Assembly: GCA_040954595.2 (NCBI GenBank)
Contig: CM082596.2
Span: 2,904,656-2,968,655, forward strand
Length of the DNA stretch: 64,000 bases
Source of the DNA: Balanoglossus misakiensis
Taxonomy: Eukaryota; Animalia; Hemichordata
Direction of reading: 5' to 3'
The translations under genes were made by a program, and so were the position numbers. This document shows positions 52,201-64,000 of this stretch, piece by piece. Position 1 is the first letter of the stretch. The number at the start of each line of letters is the position of its first letter. The notes below the pieces were generated by a model. The model was given only the letters and a program-made list of their open reading frames with translations, made no database searches and was not told where the DNA came from.

Positions 52201-55200
52201 GGCGGTTAATTCTGAAAAGCTTGCTACTACAACTAACCAAAGAAAAGACCCTTCTGAAAGACAGATCGGAATGCAGTTGTGGGGTCAGTGTGTGCATGTT
52301 TGCTGAAAAAAGTCACCTGGTCAATCCATGAGGCGTTTACTGTGAAACAAATGCTTTGGGTGGAGGGAAAGTGTAGTGACATCAACAAACAAACAAAATA
52401 AACTAACATGGTTACCACACACGTTACGCATTTACGTTTTACTGAAGCACAGCACGCCACACTTTAATTAAAGACACATTGGCGTCTCCAGACAGAAGCA
52501 AATACCTTGCACTTAATTTCCTCTGTCTCCAACAGGTTGATGAGAACTTCCAGACCTCCAACATCACGGATCGCCAACTGACAGGTCTCCTGAGCCAGGT
52601 TGAAATCTCTCATTGAGCACAGTGCAATGATCGTAGCTGTCTGGTTGCCTCCCTGGGGGTTCAAAAAAGTGACAAGAATTCAATTTTTCTGCATGGCAAA
52701 GACATCTTTACTTGTGAGTATATACTGCATTTAGAATCTGCATAGGCATTTTAATATGTTTTAATGAGAGTTTTGCATCAACTCTGTGTATGGTACTGAC
52801 CTTTAGATATTTGACCAGCTTCTGGATCTGCCAGTACTCGGAGGGCAGATCAGCGTTGGATTCCTGCCGTCTATCTGGAGTCTCCTCCTCTTCTTCACTC
52901 TCAGAGGAGCTCTCGCTGAAGTCGTCCTCCTCCTGGGCCGGAGTCTTTGACTTCTTCCCACCTTCGCTGCTGGAAAACGTCAAAACAAAAGGAACACATG
53001 AATTGGTGACCTTCTTCATAATGGAGGGTAGAGACCTGACATTGATAATGTACTGACAAAGATGGAAGGAACTGATTCATGCAAATGCAAATATCACAAA
53101 AGTAGACAAAAAATGTCCAACTGACCTTATTCTGGAATGTCTCTTTTCTTTCACCACTTTCTTCTTCTTCTTTTCTTTGTCCTTCTTTTCTTCTTTCTCG
53201 TTCTCCTCCTTGGCAAGTCCCAGGTTACGCCATTTCAGGGACGGTTCCAGTTTCTGTTGTCCAGTGGCCTTCTTCTTGCTCTTTTTGGTTGTCTGAAGTG
53301 CGGTGAAAAAGAATTCCATTATAGGCACATGGGTATGAAAACACAAGGCACAAGTCAGACTTATGCACACCTCTGCCAATGCAACAAGATGTTTGGGAAG
53401 CCAGTGAATTTAAACTACTTTTTTTTCAGGAAAGAATGGTGTATTAAGCAGCACCCAAATCATTGCATCAGTTTTTACATTATTATGACCTTGTGAGGAT
53501 TTATCAATTTCTATGTATGCTATGTAACAAGAAGGTATCGAAAAATCTAAACTGATAAGAATAGGTCAAAGCACAAGGTTCCTTTATAATTACACAACCC
53601 TAGAATTCTGGTTCTCTTCGTCAACTTTGACTTGCCTAGAAAATGGAGTCACAAGTCAAAGATCACCCGAGGGCTACTCTACTCTTACCTTTTGTTTCTC
53701 AACTTTCTCCTCTTTTTCATCTTTCTCTCTTCCTCGGTCGTGATCTCTCCTCTCGGAATAATCACCGTCCTCGTCGGCTCGGATTTCGTACTTGCCTTCC
53801 TCTCGTCCATCTTCCTGGAGCGAGAACTCTTTCTTGGCGATTTTGTCAGTGAAGTGGGGACTCTTGTCTTTCAGAAGACAGATGAGGTCTTTGAAGATGT
53901 CTCCTTCTCTCTCGTAATCAATTTCTTCTTCCTTCTCTGAGCCCTGTTTGTGAACAAACAAAGGGTTAGATGTACATGTACTATATTGAAGTGTGCACTG
54001 ACTCATCTTGCAGTACAGTATTGTGTAATGGAGAGCATTATGTCATGTATAAAAGATACTTTGTATTCTTGGTGAAATTTTTCTGGTTATCAAAAGGCAG
54101 ACAAGAAAATGATAATACTGTCAGAATCATTTATCATTAAATCATACTTCTGATAGTCACTGGGGAAATCTAAGGAGAACATAGAGGGAATATCCACCCC
54201 AAAATGAAAAAAAGATCACACTTGACCCACCTTATTGGTGAACACGCCAGCGGTACCGGCCGTCACTGACAGAGATTCCCCATCCACTGGTTTGATCCGC
54301 AGGTAGCAGATTTCTCCGTGGACCTGTCTCCATGGCGGGGCACGACAGCCATTTGAAAAGACATAATCTGAGGTGTACGCGATGGACTCCAACACACAGT
54401 TTTCATCGGTGCCAGAGAAGGATTTCAACAGCTGAACTTCCCGGTCGACTTGTTCTGGCCTGAGACGAACTTCCCTGTGAGAAGACAAAAATCAAAGATG
54501 TAATCGTTTTTTTTTTGGCCCACAATGACATTTTCTCCACAATGCCCACAAAGTGTCTATGTGTTCCTGAACAGTGTGACTGATGACTTACCTGGCAATT
54601 TCTTTGATTGACAGGCTCATCAGCTGCGTATCATACTGCTGCACAATGAGGGCCACTTTCAGCTTCAGTTCTTTCTCTTCCTTGGCCTCTCCTTCCTCCT
54701 TCTGGATCTGTTCCAGAAGACGCACTGTGACTGAGTCTTCACCTTCAACGCTGGCAAATCCCTCCCCGAGAATGTTCACCAACGGATCTCTGTTTGCTGT
54801 GGAATGGACCGGGAGACAGGCAAGTTTAGAGGTCTGTAAAAATGTTCAGCTCATGAAATGGACTGTGATACTGTGAAATTTACATGGTGTATTAATTCAC
54901 TGCTGGCCACAGTGGACCTGGTTTCATATTCATGATAACATTTTGCTATTTATCTGTTGCAGTGAAAACGCCAAGGAAATTTTGTGGTGCAGGGCTGAGG
55001 ATGAGTGATTGATGACAGACTTGAACAAACTGCAGCCAAAAGGTTAGTAACATTTCTCTTGTGATTGACATTATTACCCTGGATTTGAAGCTGTGGTTTA
55101 ATATATGCCAGTATGCCGACAGGGATGGGCAAAACTGACTCACCTTCCAAGATCAACCTTGCCTCCTGGATTTTTTGGTCGCCTGCAGCTTTCAAGGCAG

Positions 55201-55696
55201 CGCTGACTTGCTCTAGGGAGTTGACCTTCAAGACGGTGTTGACCTCTCCGCGTCTCTCCATCACCAGCAAGGGATTGTCTTCTTTGTCCTTGGCCGTGGA
55301 TTTCAATCCACCGTCATCTCTGTAAAGGCGAGACATTTCAGTCAGAAATCATATCCTCACACTCCTCAACTCTCACTCCTCTCCAATCTCCAACTCATGT
55401 GAAATATACATGTATATGATACATCTGAATGCTATGTCAAATACAGGAATTATTTCCGCCAAAACTTACGTGTTTTCATATCCCCCTGTAAATGCCGAGG
55501 GTTCCAAATTGGTCTGCCATTCGAGAGGTTTCTTAAATGCCATCTGTGCCTCCTGGGGATGTTTGCCCGGGAAACCCTCCACGAATTTGATGATGTTGTT
55601 CAAGATGGTCTCGTTAATCGGTGTGAACTCCAGCTTTCCTTTGCCATCATCGCTGGCTGAGGTCCACTGTGCTGCACGAGTCAGAGTTTGACCCAT
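46280..55696 (-). CDS. ODAD2: Armadillo repeat-containing protein 4 / outer dynein arm docking complex subunit 2, 16 coding exons, 1061 aa
   Basis: Exons (-): 55470-55696, 55144-55319, 54592-54796, 54231-54474, 53689-53943, 53126-53292, 52801-52969, 52506-52652, 50143-50352, 49767-50003, 49140-49466, 48756-48937, 48397-48511, 47849-48037, 46629-46850, 46280-46393. Total 3186 nt in frame, all GT-AG. ARMC4 motifs include [77 protein letters not shown] and [18 protein letters not shown]. Confidence 0.95.
48131..48279. mobile_element. Tc1/mariner-type MITE in an ODAD2 intron
   Basis: TA-CAGTCAAACATGTCTATAGTGGCCA...TGGCCACTAACACAGGTTTGACTG-TA: imperfect ~24-bp TIRs, TA TSD and internal copies of the TIR motif. 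Confidence 0.8.
48660..48748. repeat. Imperfect (TG)n microsatellite at the intron donor end
   Basis: TGTGTG... interrupted by CG/CA dinucleotides. Confidence 0.85.
49612..49730. mobile_element. Short PIF/Harbinger-like MITE in an ODAD2 intron
   Basis: TAA-GGGAGCCTTCAGTA...TACTGAAGGCACCC-TAA (13/14 TIR match, TAA TSD). Confidence 0.75.
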
Positions 55697-56217
55697 TGTT
55701 ACCAGTTATCTGCTGCAAAGAAATACAGTGTTCGTGTGAATATGATGTTCCTGTCAAAAACATGATGTTTCTATCAACTAGATTGTTGATATTTCATGTT
55801 ACTAACAGAAGTCATAGTTGTTTACGTAAATTTGGGCTGATCACCAAGGGTGGAAATCTGACATTTGGGGGTATATTCGGCTCAAAATAGAACCTAGTCA
55901 GCATCATTTACATAGGCTGCAAGCTACGTGAAACACGCACTAATGTACCAAAGCAAGTTGCTGATAGTGACACAGTGATAGTGATAGCGACAACCATGTT
56001 GTTGATTCCATATCCTGGCGAATCGCTCGCGTTCAAACACTTGGTTTTGGAGATAAGGAAAAAAAAAACCTGCATAAATCTACGAAACTACTCAACGTAT
56101 CGTTTACCTCTGTGTCCTTTCACGAGAAATGATATCGCAAAAGTCAGTGAAAAGGGGACCAAAATCCCAGTCGCCGCCTTCCTCGAATGGCTGGGCCGCT
56201 CTATTTTGGTGTCAGTC

Positions 56218-56245
56218 GTTGCTACGCGATACTGGGCATGCGCAT
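56218..56245 (-). promoter_or_regulatory. ODAD2 promoter: X-box-like RFX site and NRF1-like site next to a probable non-coding first exon (donor at ~56107)
   Basis: GTTGCTACGCGATAC (strong TAGCAAC half-site on the - strand) followed by GGGCATGCGCA. RFX control is typical of motile-cilia genes. Confidence 0.45.
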
Positions 56246-56545
56246 TTAATATAATCTCTTAGTGCGCCCTCAGCAGCATCAGTTGTGATTTGTTTTTGTA
56301 CTTTTGTTTTTTTTTAATCACGAAGCATACTAGTACAGTTCATAGCAAAGGGGCGGGGTGGTTATTGACACGAATGTTATTACACCAGTGAAATTCAAAG
56401 CCCCAGTAATGATTTTACTAATGTGGTAGCAAACATATACACGTTTCTCAGTGAGAACAGTAATATTATACATATTAGAGCGACCAAGCTACTGGGGTTC
56501 TAGTAAATGCCAAGCACTGTGGGACACCAAAGGACGAAACATATA

Positions 56546-56621
56546 ATGGTTTGGTCAAAGTCCACTATTTTCTATGGTAAAATTGGACCCCTGTACAACG
56601 AAATGGGGGTGAAAGGGTTAA
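56546..56621. mobile_element. Truncated copy of the piggyBac-like miniature element at 8523-8615
   Basis: ATGGTTTGGTCAAAGTCCACTATTTTCTATGGTAAAATTGGACC...GGGGGTGAAAGGGTTAA aligns to the copy at 8.5 kb. Confidence 0.65.
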
Positions 56622-59600
56622 TGAATGCGGTTCGACATTTTCATTTATCACAGTAATGTTCAACTTCATCTATTTAAAATACTAGCAAAACAACGGGTTA
56701 AAGATAATGCCTATAAATCAACATTGGTCCCCGTTTCGGCTTCTCAAAGATGCAAGCATTCAAACTTGGGGTTCGAGATTTAAGGATTGTGGAAATGTGT
56801 GTACTTGACCAAGCGACACTCTTCATTGATCACCACGACTGTCTGACCCCTGATCGCGCCCTTTCCCCGACATTCGTGCACAGACGACCAAACACAGCTT
56901 TTTGCGAATAAGTAAAGATTGCGCCTACGTTAAAATGCCAACAGCCTATAAGCGCACTTATAGGGAAACTGACAGATCCTCGAAATCAAACGTAGATGTA
57001 CTATTAGATTGTCCGTCCATGCATTGGCAAAAACAACGTAACATTGCACGGTGGAATTCTAGGAGATCGCGCGACTTTAAAACCCATCCGGCTTTACCGT
57101 TCCTCTGAAACTACTTAAAATTGTAATGGTCCACGCAAAATTCTTGTTTCCGGTTTTCTCACTTTTCCCCACACAGACTCGCGGTGAATGGGCCTTGAAC
57201 TTGGCGTTACGCACGTGAACTTGTCAGAGCACGGCATAAGAAGGCCCATGAGTCTGACTGGGCCTGATGTGTTGGCCGGTCATCCATACCACCATGGTTT
57301 CTCACTCTCTCTCAATCAGCCTGACCGGGCATCATCCATAAACTGCCGAGTCATGTTATCTGCGGTTTGGTCTCTCAAATGGTTGAGAATGACATGCACC
57401 CTTTCGTTTTTTGTGTCTCTTCTTCAGCGTCCACGTGATTCGAAGTTTTCCGTTCATCGTCTGACAAAAGTAGCCTTCACTTTCTGACTCTTTATTGTCG
57501 CACTGGCAGATATGAGAGAATTGTCCAGCGCGATGGGCTGGCCCTAATGATTTATTTTTTAACCCCGTTTAATTTTTTTGTCGGTCTTAAAATAGTCTGG
57601 TGATTGAACTCGCTCCAACCGTACCACTACTCTGTTTTGCATGAGAGACGACGAGAGGTGCGGCCCTTACAGACTAGACCGGAGCCTCCTGCGTGCATAG
57701 TGCTAGATAGTACATCCGATCCACCAGCCGCGACTATGTGATGCGACAGCAACTGTACATTCTTGGACAAACCCCGGAGATGGGAGCATTCACCGTGTCG
57801 CCAGAAGGTCCCAAAATCGGGTGAGTGTTTCTTTTACTGTTACCATGTTGTCTCTCATGGCGGAGTGATGCGTTGCGTTGCCCCTAAGAGATATATACTT
57901 TCTCCGCGGTAAAAGTTTGACTGTACATTTACAAGTTACTCGGAAGTAGCCGCGATGTTGTTTTGGAGGACATGGCTGAGATTTGAAGGTGAGCCGTACA
58001 AAGAATCTCCGCAAATGTCTCATTATAATAATAAAGGGGTGTCTCTTGAAGCTTGTATGACGGATTCTCTTGTATGGTCCGAGACCGAGAGTTGAAATAC
58101 AGTACTACATGTACTAGTATATAGGTCGCGGGGTCCAGCCTGAAACAAAGTTATTCAACCAAAGTATTCGTGTTGAACGTTTTAATTTCAAGTTTTATCT
58201 GTCTGAGCATAAGTGGGTAAAGTAAAGTACGGCGACGGTATTCTTATACTGTCGCCTCACACTACTGAGGCGACACATAATTATACCCTACAGCGCAAGT
58301 AAAATACACCCTACATCTGATTTTAATCAGATTGTCTAGACCCCACCGTCACATATAGGAGCTGGCGGTCCGATAGCGAGCTCAGGCAGATAAGTTAGCT
58401 GCCTGTGCACGGTCTGAAAATATGCAACAAGTGGTTTTTAACGGAACCCCACTAATAAGCGCATCCTGCTATAGCTTGGGACCCCGGAAAACTCTTACAA
58501 TCATTATCAGCTGTCCTGAAATGGGCGTGGCGTTTCAGTGAAGCTCGGGCGCTGGCCCCCTTGAAGCGTGCGACAGCAATCCTATAGGCCTACTAAAATG
58601 TGACTTGGGGCACCACGGCCCATATAGGTCACTGCAACCAGGGATCTACCTGTCTATGGTTACAGAACGGGCGACACAGACGGTGGGTGAGGGTGACCTG
58701 GTAAGGGGATGATTATGGCCCTACTTCCCCTGCGTGTGGTGTTTCTCCTCCAAATAAATCTGACCATAACACCTGTAACACCTGCTCATCTATTTTCGAC
58801 TTCGTCTACGCGCATTTACTTTTTGCCGAGTCATACATGGCAAATAACAAGCGACATTGCAGTATTTCGTGTGTATATGTGGCTACCTGCACACCACTGC
58901 AGGTTATATTCGCTGCATAGAAAGACTCTGAACATAAATATTCTGAAATGTAATTATTATGAATTAATGAAGCCCATAGACTTGAAGCAAGTCTAAGGTT
59001 TAACCACAGTCTGCTATACACAGCTGTACAGATAGACAAACGATATTTGGTTTATACAGTGAGAGCTGTCATTGCGGGCACCTGGCAAAAACGGACTCCT
59101 TATCATTTGGGACAGAAGAATCTAAAGTCCCGAATTGTTACCACGTATAACAATAGGAAAACAAGGTGACAAATGTGCATGTGGAAACCTTTGCAATGCG
59201 GGAAGAGGACCCTGATTAAAGGCACAGAAGTGTTATCACATTGTATGGTATCTTTAGAAATGTCCAAGTCAACAAGTATACGTAATGAGAGTCGGCAGTT
59301 TCGGCCAATTCTGGTGGAAATTCTTCTGTCAGTCACATTGACAAGGTTCTATAAACACGGTGGATAAATCCCGATAAATCACGAATTCTCTCTCAGACCA
59401 AAGCCCAATAAAAAAGGGCTTGTGGATATAGAAGTACGGGGTTGCAATGTTGTCCCACGGTGGGAGGGAGCATGCCTGACCCCGGCCCTCCTCCCAATTA
59501 CTAGTACAGGTACATTCGGGCTTCTGCTTTGAATTGCGCGCGCGTGGATCGCGAACGTATATGCGGTACCCCAAATGCGTGAATCATGTTCACGTTGACA

Positions 59601-60437
59601 GAGGAACCGTATAGACAACGATTTGCCACACACTGATAGAAACGTGGACTTTGGACGAACGAAGACAGACTCTGTATCTGTGTTAGATAAACACTTCAGC
59701 GGAAAACAAAAGAATAAATATTGTCTAAATAATCAGGGTCAAATATAACTGACGTAAGAATCGGTGCTGTAATCGTTTTTTTTTCTTCGCAAAGATTTCC
59801 TTACTGCGAAGTCCACTTCTAGGAAATGTCGCGTACTTGACTTAACCGTAGACCCTATGACATAATCGTCCCTAACAACATGAAGCTCGGTGACGTACGT
59901 GATGACCGCGATCGATCCCTGGTTCCATTATTGCGACCCCATTTCAATGAATTTGTAGCATATATTCTGCACTGAAAATTATTCTGGTGTGAATTTGGTT
60001 TGAATTTGGACCACTGGCTAGTTTGGTTATTTTCTGTAACCCTGAATCGATTGCCCTGTGATGGCATCGACTTTATGGTCCTAGTGTAACGAGCAACTTC
60101 ATATTTTGGCCTGCGTAGACACAGGTGTAAAAAGAATACGTGCATATTGTATACACATACGGTGCTTATAGAGTGAAGCGCGTGTTTCACCACAACCGCT
60201 ACGGTGTAGGTATATTATCAAAATATTCGGGCACGGTCGTTGATTAAATGTCCACATGGTCCGTAAGTTGCAGTTCATTCACCTCAATGAATACAAGGTT
60301 TAAAAAACAATAATATGGCGAAATCTCTAGTATAAATGTTACTATTGTCATTTTCCTTTAAAATTTATTTTGATAAGATTTGCCAAGTTCTTTGGAAATG
60401 ACCATGGTCAACTGTTTGTAAACAGTTTTCTAGGAGA

Positions 60438-60512
60438 CGGAAGCACTGCGCATGCCCACGAACACAGGCGTACTGTCTAATGACGTCATCTTCCCGATTT
60501 CCAACATCCAAT
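60438..60512 (+). promoter_or_regulatory. Probable NR4A promoter: ETS, NRF1-like, full CRE, CCAAT
   Basis: CGGAAG (60438), TGCGCATGCC (60447), TGACGTCA (60481-60488) and CCAAT (60508). A downstream donor GAG|GTAAGG at 60757/60758 suggests a non-coding exon 1. Extra TGACGT half-sites at 59750 and 59891. Confidence 0.55.
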
Positions 60513-61916
60513 CGTATTACGCTTGAATAAACAATACCCTAAAGTGAAGCGCATTTAAAGAGGGCCAAAAAGTTTCTGTAAGTCAGTCTGGCAGTGATTT
60601 TCGCGAAAGACAGATGCAGTAAAGCTCGTCCCAGAATTTAGACCAACTTGTTGAAGAACGTGCGTTATCTCTGTTTTGTTGAAGTTACGTCTTACGCCAA
60701 GCGAAGAAGTTGTGGACTTTGGCAACCTTGCAGTTAGCACATTTTTTTTCCCGGGAGGTAAGGGGCACTCACAATACTAATACAGTATATCATGGGGCTA
60801 TTGGTTTATTCCTTGCAAAACGTCCCTGGTCGCTGTTTCTTGTTATCACGATCGGTTGTGGGCCAAAATTGTCAACAAAAGCTATCGGTCCGTAAAGAAC
60901 TACACTCTGGGCGATGAAACAAGACGTGTACAGGGTGCAGACCCAAAAATTACTTAGATGTCAGCCATAATCTGCAGTTTCTGTTGCATATTTTATAAAT
61001 ACCCATTGGTTATATTCAAGTTGATGAGACAATCTTCAAGGTGATTTATTTTCTGCGTTGCATAATGTACTCGTGCGCATGCCCATTATTGTGATTATCA
61101 GACAAATTGTTCGAAAATTGAACCCCCAAACAACCATTGAATGAATGCTGTACGCTTCATCAGTTCAAATAGAGACCAAAACCATTTTTCGCATTCATAT
61201 ACATTATGTTTTTCCATCCCAGGCACGCGCAAGCCGCGGAAAGCATGTGTCTGATTGGCACTTGTATTATCCTAGGTGTTGCAACATCGCGGTGAACAAT
61301 GGAAAGTTAGTTGTCAGCAATTACACATATATTAGCGTCCATTTACAGACACCAGAAATGTGTGAATGAAGTTAGTCAAACCATCAGGGCCTTTGTCGGC
61401 TACTCCGACCTCACCCCCTCACACACGTACCCTTATCAACCTTTAGACAACAGACGGGTTACCGACAAAGTATCGTCACAATGGGATCCGTTCACAGCTC
61501 ACGTTCCTTTTGAGTTATAAAATCAGGTGTTCTGATAAGTCACTTGAGATGATTCGACCAAGTTGAAGTTTTGGAAAAAGTGATCGCAGTCAGGGACCAT
61601 GGTTATTAAAAGTAGTTTTGAATTTTGTTTTATGTCAACAAGCGTTTAATAATAGTGTATTGTTTAGGATTGCTTGTGAATATAATCTGGGGCTAGATTA
61701 GGCAACATAATACAGCTTGTCCTTGGCGTTTCTTTGATTTCAATCATGATATGTTCGATTAGACATTGCTATTCTTTGGTCTTTTTCCCCCCATTAATTT
61801 TCGTTTCTTGCACCAGCTTCAGTTTTCTGTTCTGTCTTCATTCCAGGCGACCAGTGAAAGGAGACAACCCCATCTTTGCATCAGCGTGTTTTTCAGGTTG
61901 ACACCTCAGTGTGACA

Positions 61917-64000
61917 ATGAATCCTGGCCATCCTCAGTTTGCGCCTGTCGCCGAGACCTTGAATGACGGCTGCGGAAGTATCCATTGCTCCCATGCTGCA
62001 AATAATAATGCACCTAATTTCGGGTCTTTTAATGTTGATGTACTCGATCTTCTGCCGGCCAGCTTGCCCGGATCGCCGTTCAATGACATCCAATCTATTT
62101 CATCGGATGGGCTCTCCGACATCATGCTTGGTAGCCATGGCAACGTAGCGGGTGTGTCCGGACTGGCACCTCTACCGACACCTCTGCCACTCGACGCCGC
62201 CATTTTCGAAGAATCTCGCGGACAGGACTCAGAGCAAGTCAACAAGGACATCCATCACACCCTGGCGCATGGTGAAGTCGAGAACACCAACGAACTTTTG
62301 AACACGGTCATCCAGAACACGTGGACGATTCTTGGGCACGATCCATCTTTGCACTTGCAGTCATTTACGCCATCCCATAGTGCCGACATGGGGTTGTTCA
62401 GTATAGGGACGGTGGACACCGAACAGACTCGGCACTCAACCGAACATTTCAGTGGGTCATCTGCCATTTCATCCGCGACACCAGACCAGAAAACGAACTT
62501 AAAACCTGCTTACGGGGGAACACATGCCTTCGCTGACAGCCACACAGGGGGCTACCTCCCTAACTCTTTCCCAGTCGAACTGCATCCCAAAATGTGTGCC
62601 ACCATACCAGCAGAGGGTTCCGCCTGTCAACTTCAATCTCCAGAAATTTCACTACAACTCCACACTGCCACAGAACTTGTCCAACCACCACTGCCAGGCG
62701 AGGTTTTCGCCGACACCATCTATGACGTCAGCGACCATTCCAGGACTCTTGGGGTCGCGTCGACCCCTCCCAGTCTGCCCTCCCTTTCGACAGCGAACCT
62801 CCCGCCGCTGAGGAGCAACCTCACAGTGGCCGCAATATTGAGTACCACCAGACAGTTCCCGCAGCTCAGACACACGCAGTCTATCGGCGAGCTTCTGGCA
62901 TCTCCAAAAAGGCGAAGGAAAACGAAACAGGACAAGAATCTGCCATGTGCCGTCTGTGGGGATGACGCCCAGTTCCTTCACTACGGTGTTCCTGCATGCG
63001 AAGGCTGTAAAGGCTTCTTCAAGGTAATCTTTTACACCCCTTACTAAGCACTCCATAGCTATCTATACGATTCTAAAAAATATATATTTTTTACAGAACT
63101 TTATGGATGTCTATGGATTTTTTTGTCCTTTTCGACCCTTGTATTGAATTCTACAGAAATGTTAGAAGTCTAATACAGGGCTCTATAGGGATATAAAACC
63201 CACATTAGAGTTACATCATCTAATATTCTTATACATTTGTCCCCCCCTCTAGAGAACAGTACAGAAGAACTCCAGATACATGTGCCAGGGTAAAGGCCAC
63301 TGTAAAATTGACAAGAAAAGACGAAACCACTGCCAATATTGCCGATACCAGAAGTGTCTAGAAGTTGGAATGATGAGAGAAGGTAAAAAATAATTTAATT
63401 CGGATTATGGGTAACCTTGGGTGTAATCTTCAAGCATTATTTCGAATGATAGCGACCGTCGTCTCTACTCCCTCCGACTAGCCCAGGCTGTTGCTTTTGG
63501 ACGGACCACACCGTAAGAATATGCCACCGCGTTTTGAAAAACTATGTCGCTTACTTGTGTTTTAACTCTTCTCAAAACAGTTGTTCGAAAAGATGGACTG
63601 AAGGGGAGGAGAGGTCGACTGCCAAGTACTGTTGCCCGCCATCATCGTTCCAGGGCCAAAACACCACCAACGTCGGTCAGCTTGATCACAGCTCTCGTGA
63701 GGGCGTTTCTGGACACGTCGCCTTCCAAGTCTTCGTTGGACTATAGTCAGGTAAGCGCAGTCCACAAGAAGTATTTTTTCCACATTACACTTTTAAAGTT
63801 TAAAAATACATGTCTGATTCCATGAATTTTACTTCAGGCTCTTGATTTTGTATTCCAAGTCACTTCCTTCATCGTCACCCGTTTCTGTTTCTTCTCCAGT
63901 TTCGAGTTCCGTCTGCACTGGACACAGACTTCGAAACCTCGATGTTTGAAATGTCCATGGCTCTCATGAATCCGTGCGACCCCCACGAGAGACTGCAGAA
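61917..64000 (+). CDS. NR4A: NR4A-family nuclear receptor (Nur77/Nurr1/HR38-like), 5' part; truncated by the window end
   Basis: Exons 61917-63023, 63253-63382, 63581-63750 and 63900->64000. [29 protein letters not shown]|[40 protein letters not shown], the NR4A-diagnostic [16 protein letters not shown] and SLITALVRA...SLDYSQF. Intron positions (after GFFK, then a 130-bp second-finger exon) match NR4A genes. Confidence 0.92.

Noticed and set aside
57188-57487. 99-aa ORF preceded by an acceptor-like site between ODAD2 and NR4A
   Set aside because: No recognisable domain, no partner exons or donor, and no support in other frames.
58615-58632. CArG-like CCCATATAGG upstream of NR4A
   Set aside because: One mismatch from consensus and ~1.9 kb from the inferred promoter; expected by chance.

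Overview
AT-rich, intron-containing animal genomic DNA. The gene content and repeat style suggest an invertebrate deuterostome such as a hemichordate, but this is inference. Five protein-coding loci could be built by hand from GT-AG splice sites and reading-frame continuity: (1) the last three coding exons of a UBE2E-class ubiquitin-conjugating enzyme (+); (2) a complete 13-exon DNAJC7/TPR2 co-chaperone (-); (3) a single-coding-exon LRR type-I membrane protein (-); (4) a complete 16-coding-exon ARMC4/ODAD2 (-); (5) the 5' part of a divergent NR4A/HR38-type nuclear receptor (+), which runs off the window. About 19.5 kb (26126-45653) is an 87/88-bp satellite locus with unusual internal organisation. 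It has two subfamilies nested inside each other, four orientation switches next to a palindrome built into each monomer, a ~1.2-kb near-perfect foldback with a 24-bp copied insert at its centre, and a 42-monomer (3654-bp) higher-order duplication. Its left end carries a 23-bp-stem hairpin and a tRNA-like A/B-box cassette. Several MITEs (PIF/Harbinger-, piggyBac-, Tc1/mariner- and hAT-like) and candidate CRE, HSE and RFX sites are also present. No database searches were run; all identifications come from reading the sequence and recalled family features.
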